Below, in pieces: positions 1-12,189 of a stretch of DNA of 64,000 bases. The translations under genes and the position numbers were made by a program. The stretch covers positions 95,108,001 to 95,172,000 of the forward strand of contig OX597818.1 of the NCBI GenBank assembly GCA_951406725.2, written 5' to 3'. The first letter of the stretch is position 1; each line of letters starts with the position of its first letter. The stretch is from Octopus vulgaris. Taxonomy: Eukaryota. The notes beneath the pieces were generated by a model. The model did not search any database and was not told the DNA's origin. It was given only the letters and a program-made list of their open reading frames with translations.

Positions 1-105
1 GCAATGCACTAGCATCCTGTCCAGCTAGGGGAAACACATACGCCACAGAAACCGGGAAACCAGGCCCATGAGCCTAGCTAGGCTTGAAAAGGGCGCGTAA
101 ATAAA
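1..105 (+). mobile_element. 3' end of tRNA-derived SINE (family D, same tail as 29679-29930)
   Basis: gaaaccgggaaac...ggcccatgagcct-gcta-gctt-aaaagggcgc matches 29875-29925. Confidence 0.7.
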
Positions 106-543
106 TAATATATTTCTGCCTTTATGTAATATATATATATGCATACACACACCCAGTGAATAAGATTATACTATATATATATATATATATAGTATCAGTT
201 TGTCCAAATAAGTTACATAAGTTACAAATAAAAGCATACTGAATATAAGTAATAGACCAGGTATATTTTTCATTATCATCAAACAGTATATTACTGATTA
301 CAGCATATGGTTGGTCAGAATGTTATTGTTGTTATTTGTGCCATATATTATCACTAAACAATATTCTTTGTAATGTAGATATTGCTTGAGAATACATACA
401 TACATATTTATAGTAGCAGGGAAGACCCATCAACAACAGTGGGTAAAGAAGTATGCTTGAAGTATTTTAGAAACAAAATAGTAAAATGCTGACAAGGAAA
501 TATTTCACAGAAAATTCATCAGAACCAATATCTTTGATAGTAA

Positions 544-923
544 TTAACCATTTTGTTGTCATGTTTTGGTTTTAATTATTTTTTAAAATAGGAATTTAGT
601 TAAGTGGTTGTCATAATTAAAGCACTGGATAAAATGCCTAGTGACATTTCATTGACCTCATTACATTCTGAGGTCAAATTGCCTAGGTCAGCTTTGCTTT
701 TCATCCTTTTAGGGTTGATAAAATAAGTACCAGTTGGACAGTGGGGTCAATGTAATTGACTAATCCCCTGTCCATACAATAGCTAGAGCCATGCCAAAAT
801 TTGAAACCATTATTAATCTGTGTTTGAAAGATAAATTTTGATGGAAGGTTTTAATTTAAGGTCACTTTTAAACAGAAAGTTTGTGTCCTAAAACAAGAGG
901 TGGGTTTGTATCAAAAGAGTTAA
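544..923. mobile_element. TTAA-flanked piggyBac-like MITE with nested SINE (approx. 625-810)
   Basis: ttaa-ccattttgttgtca ... tgtatcaaaagag-ttaa imperfect terminal inverted repeats; related copy at 50179-50362. Confidence 0.45.
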
Positions 924-1799
924 AGTTATATAAGGTCAGTTAATGTATTTTAAAATTCTTTGATTCCTTCTTTTAAAAAAAGATACCAAGAAAGTACTTT
1001 CTTCCTTGAATCCTTTTAGCTTGACACTTTTAAATTGTAACAATTCTTTGCTCTTGTACATACAATGTAATTTTTGTCCATGCCTAAATACTAGCTCTAA
1101 CAACACATTAGCTAATGTCCTCCTAGATACACTATGAAAAAAAAAGACAGAATGATTATTATTCAAGTGTCTTCTACTTTAGGCCTGCTCAGTTAGGGGT
1201 AGCATGGTGCTAAGCAACAACTAATGTTCCCTCTAACAAAGTTTTTTTCTCAAACTTCATTCAATGACTGCAATTGACTCTTTCAGTAATTTCAAATGTG
1301 AGACTTCTTTGAAATTGCTAGACTTTTCAGTTGAGTTGATCTAAAATACTTCTGAAAATTTGATTTTCTCCATTAGTACATCTGGTAGTGTCTGCTTCAT
1401 CAATGAAATTGTTTTGTAGTACTTTCACACCTTGTTTTCTTTCATTCCACAACACTCTTTTGAAACTAAGTTTCTTAAGACTTTATCAAATAAATGTACA
1501 CACTTTGAATTTCATTGTGTTACATTCCTAATGTATAAGCCCTGTTAATCCCCATTAGTATAGTCAATTATATTTAACTCTTATACTATATTATTAGGGC
1601 CTATAATTAAATTTACATTTTGTGACATTTAAATATATATATGTGAGTTTGTATTTCACCAATTGTAAACAGACAGTATCATTTGCTTGCAATCCACTGC
1701 AAAATCACATCTGGGGTTGATGTAATAAACTTATCCTCTCCCCTTAAAATTTCTAGCCTTGTGTTAAAATTTGAAATAATTGCTATTATTCAGACAACA

Positions 1800-2005
1800 A
1801 ACTGGCAAAATTGTTAGCCCATAAGACAAAATGCTTAGCAGCATTACTTTCTGGCTTCATATTCTGAGTTCAGATGCTGCCAATGTTGACTTATTCTTCC
1901 ATCCTTTCTGGGTTGATAAGACCATTGCAGTAATAAGACCATCATGTAATTAAGTAGCCCCTTTCCACCAAAATTTTAGACTTAGTGTCAATAATAGAAA
2001 GGATT
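1800..2005 (+). mobile_element. SINE family A (Meta-like core), degenerate
   Basis: ctggcaaaa..ttag.. / ttctgagttca / catcctttc.ggg.tgataa motifs shared with 16825-17053. Confidence 0.7.
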
Positions 2006-2629
2006 ATTATAATTAATATTATTATTTGGATATTGGATAGTAGCAATAGCACAGTACCTGATTAAATGCATTGTAGCATTTAGTTACATTGTGTATAGAA
2101 ATCCTGCTAGAATTGTTTGCCTTTTATCTATCTGGACTCAATAAGACTCATTAAAATAAGTACCAATAATATTGAGAGAATCAAATCAGTCAATCCTAGT
2201 CCTTTCAGAATGTGTGGACCATGTGCCAACTTTACATACGGAAATCATCGTTATTTATTATTTATATTTTTTTCTACTTCTCCAACATTTCATAAATATT
2301 TTCTTTTATAAAAATTGTTGTATATATATTTTTTTTTGTTTTTTTTTACCCTAAATTTCAATGCTTTCTTCATCATTTACACCAGTCTGTTTTACTGGAG
2401 TCATGATCCCTTTCCTGACTAACTATCCTTAACTAACATCATCTGCCTTACTCTTTTGAAAAGTTGTACCCAAACAAACTAGGCCTGTTTGTGATCCCTT
2501 ACATTCTGTACCCTTTGTTATTTATTGGAACCCTTACTGCCCACTTTCTGTCTCTTTCTCACCCTCTCTTTCCATATTGAAGATAAATAACAAAAATGAA
2601 TTATTCTTTGTGTAATGTATTTATATATT

Positions 2630-2905
2630 TTAATATATATATATAAGTATATATTAACATTATCTTAGATCTGTGTACTGTACATGTGTGTATGTATATG
2701 TATATACATATGTATATATATATATATGTATACACACACACACTACACACATTTATGTTCATATATACATATTATGTATATTTATGTATTGTGTGTGTGT
2801 GTAATGTGTATGTATATGCACACATGCATATGCACATATATTATTTATATATATACATATGTATGTATAATGTGTGTGTGTGTGTGTATGTATATATATA
2901 TATGA
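2630..2905. repeat. compound (TA)n/(CA)n/(TG)n microsatellite
   Basis: direct inspection. Confidence 0.9.
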
Positions 2906-2907
2906 AT

Positions 2908-3253
2908 ATGAGATTATGGCGCTCCCACATTCCTGAGCCAGCAACCCATATTGTCCCTGGATATGTTGCCCTGGCTTGTCTCTGGATCATGTCAGTAGGG
3001 TTGAGAAGATCTGTGAGGTACTGTGCAAGTCTTATTGGACCTAAAATTTTAGGTTGTGCAGTCACCAGCAAGGCAACTTTCTGATGCCCAGTCAACAAGG
3101 AAGGTGCTGTGGTGAGCATGGAAACCGCTGGTATGAACACAGTGAAGAAAACCGCAGTGCAGTAACCTCATGCATGGGCATTGCTGGCATTTTGCACAGG
3201 CAATGGTCAGTGATGGTCTTCCTCGGTCACAACTGAATAGCCATCATCATCAT
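2908..3253 (+). mobile_element. degenerate 3' end of RTE-type LINE
   Basis: RSVRYCASLIG resembles the RTE C-terminal CxRxCxSxIGL knuckle; ends in gcc(atc)n tail. Confidence 0.4.
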
Positions 3254-3582
3254 GTATTATGTATGTATGTGTATGTATATATACACACATTGACACAAAC
3301 ATATATTGCTATTTCTAAGTTTATAAAGTATGCATATACATGTATATATTTATATGTATGCACATTTCCATAAATGTGTGTGTGTATGTATATATGTATG
3401 TATATTATATATATATATATATGTATATGTATATATACACACACAAACATACATACACACGCATTCACACACACATATATAAAACATGTGGTATATATTT
3501 ATGCATGTGTGTATACCTATATATTTGTATATGTAGATACATATTTTGTGTGTATGCATATTTTGTGTCTCTCTCTTATGCA

Positions 3583-3613
<31 letters not shown>

Positions 3614-3764
3614 GCTTCTATGTAAGTATATAAAATAAAATTGCTCTCAAATGACTATGATCCTTACAGACAAATGTGTATCCAACAATTTAGTAGATCC
3701 CAACTTTAAAACTTCCGGGCCTCTTTCCTCTTCAGTACATTCAGAACATATATATATGTTCTGC

Positions 3765-3925
<161 letters not shown>

Positions 3926-4344
3926 GCTGTATTCTCTCTGAAGGGGTTTATAAACACCTAAATCATTTTTCAGCAAATCTAGATATTTTCTGATACAAGG
4001 AGCATTCTGCTACTTAGTAAGTTACAGTGTATGCACATACACGCACATGTGCATGCGTACACACAAACACACACATTGTTTTTGTTGATTTCTCTTTTAT
4101 TGTTTTTTTATATATAAAAACAAAAATAGTAAAAAAAAAACTATATGAACATAAATATGTATGTGTGGGTGGGTGCATGCTTACATGTGTAAAGATGTAA
4201 TAGTGTGTGTGTGTATGTGAGCTGGTGTATATAATTTCTATGCACATATATACATATATTATAAATTTTTTACATACGCACACAAACATGTATGTGTGTA
4301 TATATACACATATATATACATACACACATGCACACACAAACCTG

Positions 4345-4381
<37 letters not shown>

Positions 4382-4529
4382 GCATTTACACTTTGATATA
4401 TTTATATACATACACACATTCTGACATATGTATGTGTATATATATTTGTGTTTCCCCTCCCCTTTTTTCCCATGTGCCTCTAACAGTTTATATTTACAAA
4501 GACACTGTATTTTTTAACTATCTTTTACC

Positions 4530-4640
4530 AATCTGCCTCTACTGCAACTCTGCTCCATTTCTATTTTACCTCTACTGCATTTCTGCTCCATTTCTTGTAT
4601 GTCTCTTCTGCATCTCTGCTCTATTTCCAGTATGTCTCTA
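4530..4640. repeat. degenerate ~32-bp minisatellite
   Basis: ctctactgca..tctgctccatttc repeated about 3 times. Confidence 0.6.
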
Positions 4641-5123
4641 AATTGTTTGTTTCAGCTTTGCTTCATTTTTACTTTATGTACTTACTGCCATGCTGCTCTG
4701 CTGTCCACTGCATCTTATTTCCACATCTGCTCCTGTGTAGAAGCTGCAATTCCTTCATCAGTGTATCTCTATATATCTAATTTCTTTACTCTTTTGGCTG
4801 CTGTAGGGCTGCAGATTTTCTGCTCTATTTCTATTCCATTTTCACTTCCATCTAACTCAGATACTCGCACATATTCATAGATGCACATATTTACATACAT
4901 ACGTATACACACACACACACATACACAAGCATGTGCATGGATCCCCTCATTTATGCATACAAGCATGCATACACACATTGGAGGATAATCTCTATTGTAA
5001 TTATGAGATATTTATTTTATCATACAAATCTTATATCCTTAACAGAATCAGAAGCTAATTATCTTCTCAACTAAACACATCCCCACAATATATCCTATTG
5101 TCTTCTGAAACCTATTCAGCAAA

Positions 5124-5900
5124 CCTAGTTGTATTGGTGGTTTCCCTAGCTGTACTGGTGATGTACCTAGTGGTAGTGATGATGTTCCTTGTTTTATCAG
5201 TGGTGTATTTAGCTGCAGCAATAACATACTTTTCTACACTATTGTGTAGTTCATGAACCTCTTGTTGTTCTACGCACTACTGCTAATGCACCTAGCCTTG
5301 TTGGTTGTGTACTCTATGTACATCATTCCACTGTAACTTCATATGTTTCAAAGCTTAATACTTCCTCCTTTAAGTTGAATTCACCAGCAATGGTTTCACT
5401 CTCCTCTTCTCCAGTCTAATTTACACATTTTAATTCTACTAAATGACTTATCTGTGGAAGAGAGCTGCAATCTTAACCACACTAAGTTTAAAAGTTGATC
5501 TAATCATAGTTTAATTATTCCTAACCCACCAGTCATTTCAACACTCAGCTCTGACTTACCCACTATCATTTCAACTACTACATCCTCCCTACTAACTAAG
5601 GTGAACATTTTTAGTTTCATACTTTTGATGTTGGTAAATGCAGGTTCTCAGCAGCCCACATCTCCTTTCAATTGTGGATTACGCACTCAAGTTGACACCT
5701 CCACTGAAGTGAAGGTTGGCTATCCACCATTGTTGACCTTACTGGAGAACATCTCTTCTCAGCTGTATGTACCCAGATTTGTTAAAATCACTAGATGACA
5801 CCTCCACTCAGCTATGTATCCAGTGTTGACTTCACTACAACACACCTCCACTCAAGTGGGTTACTTATGCTCAATCTCCTCACTAGATGATTCATCCTCT
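5124..5900. repeat. degenerate tandem repeats (21-bp period at 5124-5230; ~45-bp unit at 5690-5900)
   Basis: cctagt/cctagc/ccttgt at 21-nt spacing; recurrent acacctccactca and tcactagatga. Confidence 0.5.
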
Positions 5901-6322
5901 TCGTTGAGTGTTATCCACATAAATGTCACCAGTCAGCCTTACCTCCACCAATTGCCCCATCTCATTCCATGAATTGTAAACCCTTTTCTGATTTCTTTTT
6001 TACCTCCAATTTGATAAAGGTTGTCCACTTTCTCCCAGTATATACTATTGTGGCTTCTCTGCAGCCAAGATATTTCCATCGATCAAGAATCTCATCGCTT
6101 CTCTCTTTTTATCTGTCCTATACCACACTCTGACATAAACACACAACATATGTACACATTCACACACACACTTACATATATGCTTGTATATATGTTTGTG
6201 TGTGTGTGCATGCATATATGTATGTATATATGTGTGTGTGTACATATATATACGCATACAGACATGTATATGCATATATATATATATATATATACACAGA
6301 CGAGCATGCATACATACACACA

Positions 6323-6357
<35 letters not shown>

Positions 6358-7384
6358 GTATACATGTGTGTGTGTGTCTGTATTTCATAGCTGACATTTA
6401 ATTACAGTGTTCCACAGACATATAAAGTTTCTCTTCTCTTCCTCCAAGCCACCACAAAATCTCCACACTAATTCTTTAAATGAAGTTGAAAAAATTTTTT
6501 TAAATGAAAACGAAAAAACAAGCCTCTTTTTTTTACATCGTATAAAAGGTTAAAATTTGGTTGTTAACTTTATTATTTTTACCAGTTTTTATTGTCTTTT
6601 CTCAGATTTTTTTTACCCCAATCTTTTTAGTTTTTGCCATCTCAAAGACAATTTTCTGTTCAATTTTTAAACTTTTTTCCAATAAATAAATTAAAATAAA
6701 TAAAAAATAATAAAATATCTGAAATGCTGGTTGTTATTGTTTGTTTTATTATCTTTTTTTTTTGCATTTTAAGCATACTTATTGGGATACATAGGGTGCC
6801 ATCATCATTGTTGCATCATTGTTTTAACATTAATTTTTCAATGCTTGTATGGGTCACATGAAATTGTTGCAGTACAGATGTCCTACAGCTGGATCCCTTT
6901 TCTGTCACCAACCCTAATCTTTTTCCAAGCAAGGTAATATTTCCCCATGGTCAGACATGTTTTTGCAGAGAGTGACTCTCATTTACAACTATCACATGAC
7001 ATCAGGACTAGGCAACACACACACACATACGTATATATAACAGTCTTCCTGCAGTTTACATCTAACATCCATTCATAAGGCTTAGGTTGCCCTGGGGCTA
7101 TAGTAGGAGACTCTTGCCCAAGGTATCATGCTGTGGGATTAAACCCAGAATTAATACTTCAATAATATTGTTTAATCCATGCTAGCATTGTAAAACAAAC
7201 ATAAAATGGACCAAAATGTATACATACAGTTAGATTTACATATATATATATATATATATCACGTGACCGACCAGGCTATCAGATGTTGCTACACATCACT
7301 GGTCACAATGCGCTTCGCATTGTTTTAACCATCAAATGACGCCACCCTGCTGGCTAAGCGAACAGGCCATATATATATATATAT

Positions 7385-10300
7385 CAGGGGCGTGCACTCT
7401 CAGGTATGCGCTGCATGCCTTCTTTGTTTCAAAGAAAATCCATCCAGTTGTTTTCGAAATATTTTGTCTCCCCTTCCCCTCTCTCAGTGACTAGTACTTC
7501 TGCTTTGAGAAGATCACATGACACACACTCCCTCTTTGTATTAGTTTGTCCTTCCTTCGTCTCTCTTAGTGACTCAATAAATTCATTGTGGCGTGTCATG
7601 CTTTGAGAAGACCGCATGACACCCCTCCCTCTTTTTGTTAGTTTGTCTCTCTTTCCTCTCTCTTAGTGACTTGTTTAAAAGATATGCTAGGAGGAATGGT
7701 CATTCATAGTAGTTTGTACCCCTTTCTTCTCTCAGTGATTCGACAAATTCATTGTGGCATGTCATGCTTTGAGAAGACCACGTGACACGCCTCTCTGTCT
7801 ATTTGTTAGTGTAGAATTATTGCTAACCTGGTTCCACTTTTGACCCGTAAAATTTGTGACCGGAACAAGAGCAGTCCCATAATTCTTGAGTTATCCAGCT
7901 GAAATGTTGGAATAGCTTGGCTTTAAGTTTGAATTTTTTTTTTATCCAAAACATCCGTTTGCACTATTATATTTTTGGAGTGTTTTGAAAACAAAAATAT
8001 AATCTATATTATATTTCTTATTTCAGAAATAGCTAATTAATCTTTAATTAATTTAACTAAGGGTATTTTTCTGTTTTGTTGAAATTGACTTACAATTTAC
8101 GCCGGCGCTTCCACGTGGGTTCTTATATAAGAGCAGCCTTTTCCAAAATGAGTGAAATGTGTGTTATAAACGATATTTTGAGAAATAGTTTTTCGAAAAG
8201 AGACTTCGATGGAAAACAATTATAAACGGTGGGAGACCAACACCGAATTTACTTAATTTGCGAAGCTACAAGAAATTCCCGAGACAATTTCAGGTTAATT
8301 TGTATGAAAAGAAAAAAGGTTAACTGGAAGTGTTACTCTTAATAAATTATTCTGTTGGCCGTGTTTACTTTTTGGCTTAGAAAAAAATGTTTGGAATGAT
8401 AAAGGCTATGATGATTTAAATAATTTACATATGGCTATGCTAAAGCACGAGCGTTCTCAAAGGCATATAAAATGTTTGATAGATCTTAAAATATTCGGGA
8501 ATGTTTGCATAGACTTACAATTAGATGCACGTAAATATCAAAGCATACATCATAATGAGAAAGACAAAACAGATCCATTGATCGATGTTGTTATTTTTTT
8601 TTAGGCCTCCAGGAATTATCATTTCGGGATCATTTTGAATCTGAAGGCTCTAATAATCGTGGAAATTATAAAGAACTCGTATATTTGATCCGTAAATATG
8701 ACAAAAGAATGGAAAGTCATCTAGATACAGCTATCTTCACCGGTCTGTCAAAGAGAATTCAAAATGACTTGATCGAAGCAATTCATAAAGTTATGTTGAA
8801 TGAGATGCAGAAGGAAATCGAGCAAGCTAAGTTTGTTTCTATTCTTGTTGAGACATCTGATGTCTCAGCATCTTCACAACTGTCAACAGTTTTATGTTAT
8901 GTTACAGAAGACTGTGTGACGAAAGAACGATTTATCGGTTTTAGTGATGTTAGTGCAGATCGATCTGCAAATGCTTTATCTGAACATGTTTTTAAATGCA
9001 TTGAGACGTGGGAATGTGGAAACAAATTGATTGCACAGACATATGATGGTGCCGCTACAATGGCAGGACAACTAAATGGGTTACAGGCAAAAGTAAGAAA
9101 GAAATATGAATGTGCGATCTTTATTCATTGTTGTGCCCTTATCCTAAATTTAGTTCTTTCACAATCATGCTCTGCTATGAAAAAATGCAAGATATTTTTT
9201 CTACGATAAACGGACTCGGTACATTTTTTACGAAATCATCGAAAAGGGCTAATGCATTAGATAACATTGTTAAAAAAATATTTCCGAAAGCAACAGCAAC
9301 TAGATGGAATTACTCCTCACGTCTTATTATTACCACAAAGGAAAATTATAATTTCATAATCAGCCTTTTTGAACACATCATTGAAAATCCTGAAGCGTGG
9401 GATGATACCACCATAAATTCAGCAATTGAATTCTTACACACTTTAAAAGCTCCCGATTTCTTATTTTTTTAGAAGTATTCAGTGACATTTTTTCTTTTAC
9501 TGACGTCTTATTTAACATACTCCAGAGTAAAAGTTATGACATAGTGTATTGTAAAGAGCAAATAGGTAAAACTAGAACTGTACTCGAAAACAAACTTGAT
9601 AATTTTTCAATCTTTTATGATAGGTTAGGGGGAAAATATGGACTCGATGCAGGAATCGGAATTCAGAGATCCAAGAATATATCTATTGATCCCCAATGAC
9701 ATTATAGAATGCTTTATAACAAAATTATCAGTACAATAGTTGACCAAATAAAAGCACGATAGTCATCCTTAGAAGAGTTTAAATTCGTGGAACTTTTGAA
9801 TTTCAACAAAGTTGATGAGTATTGCAAACAATTTCCTGTGGACTCTTTAGATTCTTTAAGAACAAATTATGGTAGATTTTTTTGATGTAATACAATTACA
9901 AAGTGAGCTCAATGTGATGTATTCAATGAAAGATTTTAAAAAACCTAGTGTAAGTCATTTAATGAGTTACATTAACAGCAGTGATCTTGTTGAAGCTATG
10001 CCAGAACTCTTCAATCTGTGCAAGTTGATTTTGACAATTCCGTCTACCACTGCTTCTGTACAGCGATCCTTTTCTGCATTAAGTAGAATTAAAACATACC
10101 AAAGAAAGAAGACTGTCTGGGTTAGCACTAATGTCAATTGAAAAAGATTTATTACAAGAATTGATGAAAAGAGAAGATTTCTATGAAAATGTGATAGATA
10201 TATTTGCCCAGAAATATCGAAGAATTGAATTAATTTATAAATGAGGTAAATAACATTTTAAAACATTAAAAAAATTAATATATTAAAGAGCATATATTAC

Positions 10301-11160
10301 AGGTTTTGCTTAGTGTTTGTTATAACGTAAGGTTCAACGTTCTTACATCAGTATTGTTTCGCAGGAGAAATGTTTTGATTTCTTCGTGAAACCTAACCTA
10401 CATAGATTTCCCTTTCTGTGCTGCTGGCTGTAGTCTATTTATGGCCGTAAATAAGTGTCTTGTTTCACTTTCAATAAGTGCCTTGTTTCAATCTCAGAGA
10501 TGTTGACTTCTGCCACAACAGTTTTGGGAGGCTTTTTACAATGTTGAATTTTCGCTGTCTTTCATTGTGTGTGTATTCATGTATATGTGTGTGTGAGACG
10601 TAGTCTTTTAATGTACGGAGTTCAGTAAGTTTCAAAACAGTCAATAATTTTCCTGGAATTGTCAAGTAGCATGATAAAGCACCTGACTTGTCTCCGAGAG
10701 CGTAACGATCTAAAACCATGGCCATATAATGTAACTAAATGTGTTCTTTTAATTAAATCATTTCAAATTGATTCGGCTCAACCAATAGGTATAGGGGCTA
10801 ATGCAGAATCGCACCTCTTTGAAAAACGAATTTTTGTGAAAACTTTTTTCGGATTCCTACCTTTAACAGAGATTCTGAATATGCAAAAATATTGACAGAA
10901 TCCAATTTCATCTTTATTACATTTCACTTATGATTTTTAGACTTTTCTAAGGGAGAATGAGGATGGGAAAGTACTGACATTTCGAAGAGCAAAGAATAAT
11001 ACAAACAATACACTTATTTCAGGCTCATCTCTACACAGCCATTTTTTATTCCCTGTTTATTCTAGGTCATACGGGGCTGATTGCATATTCAGAATCTCTT
11101 ATATGTAAATCGTAGGAATACGAAAATGTTTTACTGAAAAATTGCCGGGGTGGCAATGAA
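7385..11160 (+). mobile_element. hAT-superfamily DNA transposon, degenerate, right end not identified
   Basis: starts caggggcgtgcac after (TA)n; three subterminal direct repeats tgctttgagaaga (7501, 7599, 7765); contains transposase pseudogene. Confidence 0.75.
8148..10244 (+). pseudogene. hAT transposase (ZMYM1/DUF4371-type) with frameshifts and stops
   Basis: IQNDLIEAI, ETSDVS..QLS, AQTYDGAATMAG..NGLQ, FIHCCAL.LNL, TRWN, LTIPSTTASVQRSFSALSRIKTY (hAT C-terminal dimerisation motif), ends RRIELIYK*; TATATAA at ~8124. Confidence 0.9.
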
Positions 11161-11162
11161 AT

Positions 11163-11306
11163 ATCATCATCATCATCGTTTAACGTCCGCTTTCCATGCT
11201 AGCATGGGTTGGACGATTTGACTGAAGACTGGCGAACCAGATGGCTGCGCCAGGCTCCAATCTTGATCTGGCAGTTTCTACAGCTGGATGCCCTTCCTAA
11301 CGCCAA
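11163..11306 (-). mobile_element. RTE-associated 3' module with (GAT)n tail
   Basis: (atc)n-ttaacgtccgctttccatgctagcatgggttggacg and ctacagctggatgcccttcctaacgccaa identical to 12190-12345. Confidence 0.85.
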
Positions 11307-11398
11307 ACATATATATATATATATAGTTAATAAAAAACATATCAGAAAGAAGCACACTCTAAAAAATAGAGCAGTAATTATTACAACCAACAAAATTT

Positions 11399-11461
11399 TA
11401 GAGTTACCCAAGGTTTCGCACCCACAAAGCCAAAGCCTTGTGGACAGCTCATCAGATTCTA
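11399..11461 (-). ncRNA. type I hammerhead ribozyme with intact core, inside a long fold-back
   Basis: minus strand UAGAAU-CUGAUGA-GC..CCACAAG..UUUGUGG..GC-GAAA-CC UUG GG-UA-ACUCUA; stem I 5/6 bp, GUA cleavage triplet. Confidence 0.8.
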
Positions 11462-11925
11462 TAGCTGTCCAAAAGGCTTTGGCTTTATGGGTGCGAAACC
11501 TTGGATAACTCTATATAAAATTTTGTTGTAATATGTATATATACATACATCATCAGTTAATGTCTGTTTCCCATTCTGGCATGACTTTGACAGTTTGACA
11601 GGAGCTGTCCCACTGAAGGGTTGTTTAGGCTCCATGTCTATTTTGGCATGGCTTCTACAGCTGCCTTCCTAATACCAACCACTTTACAGAGTGTAGTGGG
11701 TGCTTTTTATGTAGCACCAGCACCTACATATATTGGTTTCAAATTTTGGCATACGATCACCAATTTAAGGGGAAGGGTAACTCAATTACATTGACCCCTC
11801 AGTGTTCGACTAGTACTTATTTTATCGGATTTCATAGAATTTGAATTCAGAACACAAAGACATGAAATGCTCCTGAGCATTTTGCCCAGTGTGCCAGCTA
11901 GTTACATATATATATATATATATAT

Positions 11926-12168
11926 ATAATAAGGGTAGAAATTGATATTAATCAATTAAAACCAGTGGCTTAACATATTTAAAAAATCCGAAGATTAAAA
12001 ATTGTGTTACAAAATTAAAAGGGAAAAAAACTAGAGTGGACACCTAATATGCTAAACATAGACATCAAATCACCATTACCATGAATGTGTTCTCAAGAAA
12101 AACCTCAGCAAAACAGCGTTTTGCTGAGATATTAGGTGTCCACTTTAGTGGTCATTCCTCTTAATTTT
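11926..12168 (-). mobile_element. non-coding fold-back element in (TA)n, probably PLE-derived
   Basis: ctagagtggacacctaatat / atattaggtgtccactttag inverted arms; reverse complement carries the atgttaagccact...tttctaccct terminal motif. Confidence 0.5.
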
Positions 12169-12189
12169 GTGTGTGTGTATATATATATA

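Noticed and set aside
936-1520. Coding-like minus-strand segment
   Set aside because: Multiple stops in all frames and no recognisable motif.
8685-9209. Host ZMYM1-like gene
   Set aside because: Intronless, frameshifted, with a TIR-like start and subterminal repeats, so it is a dead hAT transposase.
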